Part shown: positions 20,445 through 27,905 of the stretch, one piece after another | Layout of the letters: each line of letters starts with the position of its first letter | How positions within the stretch are numbered: the stretch's first letter is position 1 | DNA from: a virus | Lineage: Duplodnaviria > Caudoviricetes | Length of the DNA stretch: 64,000 bases | IMG/VR virus record: IMGVR_UViG_3300029305_005387 | Strand: one strand, 5' to 3' | Translations under genes and position numbers: made by a program | Notes under the pieces: generated by a model | Seen by the model: only the letters and a program-made list of their open reading frames with translations | Databases searched by the model: none | What the model was told of the DNA's origin: nothing

Positions 20445-22559
20445 ATGACATTTCAGAAAATTTTAAATGATCTTTCAATGGATCTTTTATCAGTTAAAGA
20501 TGCATATAGTGAAATGAGTTCAAAAGAAAAGATGAAACGAATCAATTTTTATAGTCATATTAATGATATCCGAAAGGATCCATTAACAGATGGACAGCTT
20601 CAAGAACTGGAGTCTATTGTAAATGTTTTACAGATTCTTTACAATTCTGCAGTAGGTTCACCAGTGAGTGACTATACGTACGATATTTTACAAGAAATTT
20701 TAGTAGACATGGGTATTCCTCGACTAACAGGATCAATTGAAATTAATGATTCTAAGAAGTTGAGTCACACTTATAAAAACTTAAGAGGTACATTGGATAA
20801 AGTTTATTATCTATCAAAAGAAGAGCCTAGGACTAACAAATCACGAAAATATTTAGATGAATGGATTAATTCAATTGACTCCATTTATTATAAAGCTACT
20901 GGTAAAAAGATCGATTTCAACAACGTGAAAGTTTTATGTCAGCCAAAATTTGATGGAACTTCTGCTATTATGGAATGGGATGGTAAACATGCAGTATGGT
21001 TAAATAGAGGAGATACTGCTAAAAATAGAGCATCTGAAATTACTCATATTATGAAAATCTTCAATGATCTATTTTGTGATGAAGATCCTGTTGGAATTAA
21101 ATTCGAAGTAATGATGACAGAAGAAAACAAAGATCGAATCAATGAACTATATAGACATCGTCAATACAAAAATTCTAGACAGATAGTTACGGCTACTTTG
21201 AATTCTAATGAAGCTGATTTTAAAGCAGATTATCTGTATCCGGTACCATTAAGAATTATTAGACCAGGTGATGATATTGAACAGATTCATCCAATGTTAT
21301 TAGAAAAATTTCCGACAATTATTTGCACTATTGGAGAAAGAGAAAAGATACGTTCTTATGCAAATTCAATTAGATATGTAAATATTAATGGAATGAGATT
21401 ACGTACTGATGGTGTTGTATTAACTATTCTTGATCCAGATATCCAGAGAATACTTGGGCGAGAAAATGATATTAATAAATTCGAAGTTGCTTTTAAATTT
21501 ACTGAAGAGACTGCGTATAGTAAAGTAAAAGACATTGAATTTTATGTCTCTGAATTCGGATACATTACACCAGTACTTGTTGTAAATGATGTAATCATGA
21601 AAGGTAACACAGTAAATCATATTTCATTATCCAATAAAGAAAGATTTGACGAACTTGGATTATGCTATGGAGATACTGTGAAAGTATTATATGATATTAT
21701 TCCATATGCAACAATTGATGAATCTTGTGTACGACAGAAAACTGGAAGAAAAATTGAATTTGTAACACATTGTCCTCGATGTCATGAAGAACTTGATTTA
21801 AATGCAACTGAAGTTCAATGTAAAAATCCTATTTGTCCTTCACGTGTAGTTGGTCGCGTAATGAATTATTGTAGCTGCTTAAGAATTAAGAATATTGGCT
21901 TCCAAACTCTCGATATGTTATATTCCGCAGGTTTACTAAATAACGGAATAAGAAGCCTATATAAGCTAAAAGGAAAAGGCAATAAAATTGAAGATCTAGA
22001 AGGATTTGGTAAACTGAAAACCCGTAAAATGATTAGTGAGATTGAAGCAAAAAGAAGATTAAAAGATTATGAATTCTTCGGAGCAATTGGTATTGAAGGT
22101 TTATCAACAAAAACATTCCAAGGAATATTTGAAAAGATTAAATTAAGCGATTTCATGGATATGTTTAAATTGAAGAATTTTGATTTACTACATGCTAGAT
22201 TAGTTTCAATAAATGGTATTGGTGCTTCAAAAGCTGATCTTCTAATTAACTTCTTCAAAGATCCTAAAAATAGGAATGAAATTGAAAAACTTCTAAATGA
22301 AATAACATTATATGAAACATTTAACAAAAATTTACAGTCAAAAGGAAGAATTGTATTTACGGGATGTAGACCAAGCGACGAACTTGAAACATTTATATCT
22401 TCTAAAGGTTTTGAACCATCTGATTCTTGGACGAATAATGCAAAATGTTTAGTTGTACCTCATAACAGTTATGAATCTTCTAAAGTAGGAAAAGCTCAAT
22501 CTAAAAACATTCCGATTATTACAATTTCTGAAGTTTATAATTACATTACTAAACTATAG
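20445..22559 (+). CDS. ligA: NAD-dependent DNA ligase
   Basis: PKFDG adenylation motif, TDGVV, VAFKF, OB fold, CPRC...C....C Zn finger, HhH repeats, BRCT (IVFTG). Confidence 0.92.
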   Translation: MTFQKILNDLSMDLLSVKDAYSEMSSKEKMKRINFYSHINDIRKDPLTDGQLQELESIVNVLQILYNSAVGSPVSDYTYDILQEILVDMGIPRLTGSIEINDSKKLSHTYKNLRGTLDKVYYLSKEEPRTNKSRKYLDEWINSIDSIYYKATGKKIDFNNVKVLCQPKFDGTSAIMEWDGKHAVWLNRGDTAKNRASEITHIMKIFNDLFCDEDPVGIKFEVMMTEENKDRINELYRHRQYKNSRQIVTATLNSNEADFKADYLYPVPLRIIRPGDDIEQIHPMLLEKFPTIICTIGEREKIRSYANSIRYVNINGMRLRTDGVVLTILDPDIQRILGRENDINKFEVAFKFTEETAYSKVKDIEFYVSEFGYITPVLVVNDVIMKGNTVNHISLSNKERFDELGLCYGDTVKVLYDIIPYATIDESCVRQKTGRKIEFVTHCPRCHEELDLNATEVQCKNPICPSRVVGRVMNYCSCLRIKNIGFQTLDMLYSAGLLNNGIRSLYKLKGKGNKIEDLEGFGKLKTRKMISEIEAKRRLKDYEFFGAIGIEGLSTKTFQGIFEKIKLSDFMDMFKLKNFDLLHARLVSINGIGASKADLLINFFKDPKNRNEIEKLLNEITLYETFNKNLQSKGRIVFTGCRPSDELETFISSKGFEPSDSWTNNAKCLVVPHNSYESSKVGKAQSKNIPIITISEVYNYITKL

Positions 22560-22570
22560 GAGGTTTACAA

Positions 22571-23173
22571 ATGATACATCCTGCTACAAATGTTCATGTC
22601 CTCTCTACAGAAGGAGGAAATAATATTGAAGGAGCTATAGAAAGTGTTATTCGTATCTATAGCTCCATTATTGATTATCATGATATAAATGACGGAGTAG
22701 ATTTCAGTTTGATATTAGCTCAACCAAATATTGGATCTAAGTTAAAGATTACAGATTGGACTGGTTGGACAGATATATTCAGCATCGAACGTCATAAGTA
22801 TAATGGTAAATGGTATGAAATAACAATTGAAAATGGTAATAACAAGATTTATGTAACTGAAGATGAATTAATTCCAGTATACAAAACAGAAGATGTTAAA
22901 CGAGGATTCCATGGTGAGATAAAATACTCTTATATTTTGAAATCCCCTTCTAAGATTGAATCCAGCGATTACATGAGATTTAGAAAAGTATACAATGATG
23001 ATCCTGATTATTCTTATGATTTAACATTTGAACCAGTCATCATTAAAGAATGCAAAGGTCCTGAATATGCATATAAAATTATTACACGATCTAAATTTTA
23101 TAATGCATTTGGAATGCATTTGTGGGGATGTAATGATATCCCTGTAACCGAAGTTCAAAAATGGTATAAATAG
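22571..23173 (+). CDS. Stand-alone Hint/intein-fold protein lacking catalytic residues
   Basis: MIHPATNVHV (block A), IYVTEDELI (block B), YKIITRSKFYNAFGMHLWGC (blocks F/G); own GGAGG RBS. Confidence 0.6.
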   Translation: MIHPATNVHVLSTEGGNNIEGAIESVIRIYSSIIDYHDINDGVDFSLILAQPNIGSKLKITDWTGWTDIFSIERHKYNGKWYEITIENGNNKIYVTEDELIPVYKTEDVKRGFHGEIKYSYILKSPSKIESSDYMRFRKVYNDDPDYSYDLTFEPVIIKECKGPEYAYKIITRSKFYNAFGMHLWGCNDIPVTEVQKWYK

Positions 23174-23286
23174 AGTAATTTTAAAATGATATATTATGTA
23201 AATGACATCGCATAAATCTATACATAATATGTGATATCGTTCTCTACTTATATCTGTAAAATACAATACAAGGAGGATTATTTACA

Positions 23287-24291
23287 ATGGCTAAGAAGGA
23301 TAAGATTAAAATTCCAAAATCAGTCCTTGATCTACGTCACAGTCCTAAGAAGTTTGCTAAGAAGCATAATATTAGGATTAACGGGAAAGGATTAAGCAAA
23401 GGCGAAAAGAAGAGAAATAAGAAAAGACTTAAGGAAGAATATTCCGAACATGCAATTGAGGGTCTAAATAAGGCAGTTAAGATTCTCGCTGAACATCCTG
23501 ATCACAAGAAGACTGAAAAGGTCAAAGCAGGTGTTGATAATATCATCAATAACGATGTTGTTATGAAACGTATTGTGAAGTTGTATAAGAAGGATCCATC
23601 TAGTTATCCTAACATGATCTATCTTCCTAACATGATCATGAATACGTTAGCATATTACAATTCTGATACTATTACAGATGAAGAGAAAGCGATCGGAGCA
23701 GAGCTCGATACAGAAGGACTTATCAAATTCTGCGAAAAGATTCTTAAAAAGGAAATTAAGCGTTATGAAAATGCTGGTATCGCACCTGAAGTTAGTTTCC
23801 AGCTTGCCGTGACGATTCCTACCACAAAGTTATTCAAGAATCGTAAATGGTACAAGCATCTGATCTCAACTCTTTATGATATTGCTGAAAAGAGTGATGT
23901 TGATGTAGATGCAGTTCTGCGTGCAGTTACTAAGGTTGATAAGAAGAAAGGTATTAAGAAACAGGAATTCCTTGAAGGATTCTTCTCTGAATTCATTCTT
24001 CAGAAGAATACCAACAGAATCGCTAAGTTTAATGATTCTCAGAAGCAGTTACATGAAGATCTTATCGAAAGATCTCTTGTATATCTTGATAATCTGAAGA
24101 AATCTAAACTTCGTGATGTACTTAAGCAGTATATTAAGAGAAGAAAGAACGCAGAAGAATACAAGAATGATTCTAAACGTGTAATCAAGTTTACAGAGCA
24201 TGCTAATAGCAATTCTCCTTACGCAAATATCAAAACAGTTGTACAGGATTTGATTGCTGATAATGCATCAAATGAGCTCTACCTTTCTTAA
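23287..24291 (+). CDS. Basic hypothetical protein
   Basis: 334-aa ORF, strong RBS, early-type motif at 23189-23197. Confidence 0.7.
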   Translation: MAKKDKIKIPKSVLDLRHSPKKFAKKHNIRINGKGLSKGEKKRNKKRLKEEYSEHAIEGLNKAVKILAEHPDHKKTEKVKAGVDNIINNDVVMKRIVKLYKKDPSSYPNMIYLPNMIMNTLAYYNSDTITDEEKAIGAELDTEGLIKFCEKILKKEIKRYENAGIAPEVSFQLAVTIPTTKLFKNRKWYKHLISTLYDIAEKSDVDVDAVLRAVTKVDKKKGIKKQEFLEGFFSEFILQKNTNRIAKFNDSQKQLHEDLIERSLVYLDNLKKSKLRDVLKQYIKRRKNAEEYKNDSKRVIKFTEHANSNSPYANIKTVVQDLIADNASNELYLS

Positions 24292-24315
24292 ATTATGAAA
24301 TAGGAGGATTTTATC

Positions 24316-24849
24316 ATGGCTAAGAAGTCTAAGAAAGTTGAAAAAGAGACTAGACGTCTCATGGAAAGTATTGCCGATCTTGTAAAGAAGAAAGGTGACA
24401 AATATAAGTTTAAATCTAAGAATAAGAAAGTGATCAAGAAAGTTAAGAAGACTTGTGTTCACTGGATTTATCGCAAAGGTAAGGAAGTACCTACAGTTAT
24501 TCAGGATCCTAATCGTTCCGGATATTGGAAATGTAAGATCTGCGGTGCATCTTTCCCTATTAAGCCTCTTCCAACAGAAAAAGATTCCAAACGTAATGGT
24601 TATGAAATCGCTGCAGATGATATGCTTGGTTTAGTTAATCAGATGCAGTTCTGGTCTGTAGAACTTGGTGGCGACGCAGATGACACTAAGATGTTCATCC
24701 GTTTAAAGGAAGACCTTCCTAGATTCGCAAAGGTTTCTAAGCAGATTCTGAAGAATGTTAACAAGCGTGATGAAATGGAAAATAACAGAGCTAGAACAGA
24801 TGCAATGAGCCAGTTCGATGCATACTCTGGTTTCGGTTATAGAAATTAA
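24316..24849 (+). CDS. Hypothetical protein with putative Zn site
   Basis: 177 aa, CxH...CxxC, RBS. Confidence 0.7.
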   Translation: MAKKSKKVEKETRRLMESIADLVKKKGDKYKFKSKNKKVIKKVKKTCVHWIYRKGKEVPTVIQDPNRSGYWKCKICGASFPIKPLPTEKDSKRNGYEIAADDMLGLVNQMQFWSVELGGDADDTKMFIRLKEDLPRFAKVSKQILKNVNKRDEMENNRARTDAMSQFDAYSGFGYRN

Positions 24850-24860
24850 TCAGTGTTAAA

Positions 24861-24898
24861 AATTATGGAAGGTGATATTATCATCACCTTCCATAATT
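24861..24898. terminator. Intrinsic terminator hairpin
   Basis: AATTATGGAAGGTGAT-N6-ATCACCTTCCATAATT. Confidence 0.7.
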
Positions 24899-24982
24899 AA
24901 AATAAAAACTTATAACGTCATATACATTTAATAGTAATAGGGTGAAATAATAAAAGATGAGAGAACATCAATTAAAATTTCA

Positions 24983-25097
24983 TTGAATTAATCTATCTGA
25001 TTCAAATTCTCAACTTAGTTGGTTATTCAAGATATCTAACAGCAGTCTGATAAACTGTGAATATAAATTGATAGATAATTTATATTGGTTGAGAATT
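24983..25097 (+). ncRNA. Unknown structured RNA with complementary 7-nt loops and an anticodon-like arm
   Basis: Hairpin loop ATCTATC (24991-24997) is complementary to hairpin loop GATAGAT (25070-25076); outer stem 25005-25014/25088-25097. Confidence 0.55.
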
Positions 25098-25107
25098 CCT
25101 ATATTAT

Positions 25108-25184
25108 GGGCCTTTAGCTCAGTTGGTTAGAGCATCCGGCTCATAACCGGACGGTCCCGGGTTCGAATCCCCGAAGGCCCACCA
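25108..25184 (+). tRNA. tRNA with CAT anticodon, Ile2-type
   Basis: Full cloverleaf GGGCCTT...AAGGCCC-A-CCA, anticodon loop CTCATAA; body resembles Firmicute tRNA-Ile2. Confidence 0.9.
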
Positions 25185-25193
25185 TTAATATCA

Positions 25194-25303
25194 AAGTCAC
25201 ATACAGCAACTAATAAAACAAAATTGCTTATAGCTTCATGAGTTCGAATCTCATACTATTAAACTTTAATAGTTATCCAAGTGGCCAAAGGAACAAGTGA
25301 CTT
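25194..25303 (+). ncRNA. Circularly permuted tRNA mimic, YrlA/Y-RNA-like
   Basis: Terminal stem AAGTCAC/GTGACTT; T arm ATGAG-TTCGAAT-CTCAT, closed acceptor hairpin, TA linker, D arm TCC-AAGTGGCCAAA-GGA. Confidence 0.65.
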
Positions 25304-25321
25304 ATGGATATATTAAAATAT

Positions 25322-25406
25322 GCCGGTATGATGGAATTGGCAGACATGACTGACTCAAAATCAGTTTCCATTAGGAGTAGCGGTTCGAGTCCGCTTACCG
25401 GCACCA
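25322..25406 (+). tRNA. tRNA-Leu(CAA)
   Basis: Cloverleaf with long variable arm, anticodon loop CTCAAAA, encoded CCA. Confidence 0.92.
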
Positions 25407-25409
25407 TAT

Positions 25410-25485
25410 GCGTCTTTAGCTCAGTAGGAAGAGCAATGCACTTTTAATGCATGGGTCTGGAGTTCGAGCCTCCAAAGACGCACCA
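25410..25485 (+). tRNA. tRNA-Lys(TTT)
   Basis: Cloverleaf, anticodon loop CTTTTAA, encoded CCA. Confidence 0.92.
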
Positions 25486-25487
25486 CT

Positions 25488-25731
25488 TCTCCGTATCGTG
25501 GGAGATTAATAAAATACACGAGCATCTTATATCAGTGAATAAGATGAGCCCAGTAAAATCTGACGTAATACCAAGCGGTATGAATGTAGTAAATAATCGG
25601 GGCTAATCTCTATAGTGATATAGAGCAGTTCATAAGAGAACGGGCTAAGATTAGCGACCTTAGTCGAATATTATTAAACCTTAGCACTCCTCGTGCGAGA
25701 GGCATCCTAGCCACAGGGAGTTGGAAGGATG
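25488..25731 (+). ncRNA. Unknown multi-hairpin RNA after the tRNA cluster
   Basis: GC-enriched ORF-free stretch with at least 7 stems, including a GUGA tetraloop and a long-range CACGAG/CTCGTG pair. Confidence 0.45.
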
Positions 25732-25749
25732 AAAAAAAAGAGGGCAATT

Positions 25750-25795
25750 AATAAATTACCCAGAGGAGCTATGATGCTCCTCTGGGTAATTTATT
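25750..25795. terminator. Terminator of the tRNA/ncRNA cluster
   Basis: AATAAATTACCCAGAGGAGC-N6-GCTCCTCTGGGTAATTTATT followed by T tract. Confidence 0.75.
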
Positions 25796-25819
25796 TTTAC
25801 TAAAAGGAGGGATTAATTT

Positions 25820-26677
25820 ATGTTTGAAGGATTCAATAATCATGAAAAGAAAACAATCGCAGATGTTATTATGTGGACAATTCATCACGATGTAATTTCA
25901 TCCTCATTAATGATGAAAACTTTTCAAATTGAAAAATTCGTAGCACAAAGCACATTGGAGATGTTGTCTAAGATTGAAGTAATTGAAGAAAATGATCAAC
26001 AACCGGAACTGTATTATGTATTAATTAATGAGGTAGAAAACTTACTTCCAGAAGTTTTAGATCTTCTCATTAATTGTGATTATAGTTTATCTGATATTAA
26101 GAAAGCCGTACAAGGTGTACCTAAAGAAGAAAAATATGTTTCATCAAATATCTTATCTGATAAGAGTAGAGATTGGATACCATTCAATGAAACTAAACCA
26201 AAACTAAATACACCTATACTGATTCGTTTTACGGATGAATCTACCGTATTAATGGAATCCAAAACAGAAATCGTTTATTCTGAGGATTTAAAAATTGCTA
26301 TGTGGGATGGTATAGAATTCCATATTATGGCCCCATATCCTAAGTATGATTTTAGTCCATTATCAAATAAAGAATATTTAAATGATGGAGTATTTGTAAC
26401 ACACTGGTCCAATATTAATAGGAAAGATTTGGAAGGATGGCAGACTCGTTTCAATCCTATCAATAAATATAAACATTTGGAATTATCTGTTTCTAGAGAA
26501 CAAGAGGAGGAGGTTTATAAGGCATTAATTCTTGCAGCCGCCTGCATCATGCGAACTGTGAATGATTGTGCTGCTAATGATCCTACTAGAGATAAACTAG
26601 TAAAGGCTCATTCAGTTATGTGTGATCTTCAAAGTGCAATTGACTATGGTATAATTCAAAATTCGGAAGGAGAATAA
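25820..26677 (+). CDS. Hypothetical protein
   Basis: 285-aa ORF with AGGAGG RBS. Confidence 0.65.
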   Translation: MFEGFNNHEKKTIADVIMWTIHHDVISSSLMMKTFQIEKFVAQSTLEMLSKIEVIEENDQQPELYYVLINEVENLLPEVLDLLINCDYSLSDIKKAVQGVPKEEKYVSSNILSDKSRDWIPFNETKPKLNTPILIRFTDESTVLMESKTEIVYSEDLKIAMWDGIEFHIMAPYPKYDFSPLSNKEYLNDGVFVTHWSNINRKDLEGWQTRFNPINKYKHLELSVSREQEEEVYKALILAAACIMRTVNDCAANDPTRDKLVKAHSVMCDLQSAIDYGIIQNSEGE

Positions 26678-26681
26678 AATC

Positions 26682-27392
26682 ATGCCTTGGATCAGAAACA
26701 TAAACAATGAGAAAGTTTACAAACCATCAATTTATACTAAGGAGGAACTGCCAACATGGTCAGAAGTCTATGAAGAGTTTTATCTAAAGAAATATTATGA
26801 TAAGACTGTCATCAAAAAGAATAGGAAGTTATTTGAGGAGATTAATATTTATTGGAAGATTCCTCATTATAATTTCTTATTAGCAACAGTATGTAATCAA
26901 TTTAATAAATCTTTATTTGAAGATGAGTCTTTACCTCAGGTAATTAAAGAACTTCTTTCAACTAAACGATTTGAAGAGATTGATAATATAATTGATATTA
27001 AATTCGTCTGTCACCCAATAGATGATACTCAGAAGATGATAGAAGAAACTTATCTTGGATTATGTTGTGCTCCTCCAATCTATACCATTCCTCTTCCGAA
27101 TGGAAATGAAAATCCTTTCATTAGTGATTATACCAGAATCAATATTAAAGACATACAAGAAGAATTAGAATTCCATATTTTGATTTATTGCAGAATTGAA
27201 GATAATTTTACAGCATATGATATAGACGTTGAAAGTGATCTATTCAATGAAGTAATGGATGTAATGATATCTAAATACTGTGAATATTTCGAAGGTGATG
27301 ATATTCCTGGATGGAAAAATCAACATGGAAAAGTAGATAAAAGTACTTATACGCATGAAAGATGTTTAGCAGGTTATGATCCTGCATTGTAA
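26682..27392 (+). CDS. Hypothetical protein
   Basis: 236-aa ORF with GGAGG RBS. Confidence 0.65.
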   Translation: MPWIRNINNEKVYKPSIYTKEELPTWSEVYEEFYLKKYYDKTVIKKNRKLFEEINIYWKIPHYNFLLATVCNQFNKSLFEDESLPQVIKELLSTKRFEEIDNIIDIKFVCHPIDDTQKMIEETYLGLCCAPPIYTIPLPNGNENPFISDYTRINIKDIQEELEFHILIYCRIEDNFTAYDIDVESDLFNEVMDVMISKYCEYFEGDDIPGWKNQHGKVDKSTYTHERCLAGYDPAL

Positions 27393-27434
27393 AAAAATAT
27401 AGGGAGGTGGAATTCCACCTCCCTATATTTTTTT
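27391..27434. terminator. Bidirectional terminator between convergent genes (perfect palindrome)
   Basis: A7-TATAGGGAGGTGGAA/TTCCACCTCCCTATA-T7. Confidence 0.75.
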
Positions 27435-27732
27435 ACTTTTTACCCGTAGCCGTGATCACATCACCATTTACTGTAACAGAATCATTTGTATTAGATTCTT
27501 TTATCTTCTCCATAGTTTCTTTGTCTGTAGAAACTTTTACACTCAATGAGTTATTATCAGGCGTACTGGGAGTTGTTAATGATGTAATCGTGTCAATCTT
27601 TGCAGCTTGATTTTTACACGTATCGTACACCTGAGAAAATGCATCATATTTATTTGTAACGAAATCTGTCAGTTTAGCTTGATCATCGGCTGGTAGAACT
27701 TTGCCCATAAATTCGGGCTTATACTTCTGCAT
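27433..27732 (-). CDS. Hypothetical protein
   Basis: 99-aa ORF in the operon. Confidence 0.6.
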   Translation of the reverse strand: MQKYKPEFMGKVLPADDQAKLTDFVTNKYDAFSQVYDTCKNQAAKIDTITSLTTPSTPDNNSLSVKVSTDKETMEKIKESNTNDSVTVNGDVITATGKK

Positions 27733-27755
27733 AAATTACTACCTGCCTTTCTTTT

Positions 27756-27905
27756 TTATAATAAATCTGTGAGTTGTGGATTCTTCTCTATATTGATCTT
27801 ACGCAATTCAACAATCTTCAGAAAATGAGATTTTGGTAAGTGATTAAAAATATAATCAAAAGTTGGATCATTCCTGAAAAGTCTGCCCAATTCCTCTATG
27901 AACAT
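27756..27905 (-). CDS. Small 49-aa protein coupled to the upstream gene
   Basis: Not in the track. TAATG stop/start overlap at 27907-27903; MFIEELGRLFRNDPTFDYIFNHLPKSHFLKIVELRKINIEKNPQLTDLL. Confidence 0.55.
   Translation of the reverse strand: MFIEELGRLFRNDPTFDYIFNHLPKSHFLKIVELRKINIEKNPQLTDLL

Noticed and set aside
25005-25097. Functional tRNA-Ile(GAT) or hammerhead ribozyme
   Set aside because: No TTCRA T-loop, arms are oversized and there is no CCA; the hammerhead CUGAUGA...GAAA core is absent.
24900-25800. CRISPR array in the long non-coding region
   Set aside because: No regularly spaced direct repeats; the region is explained by tRNAs and structured RNAs.
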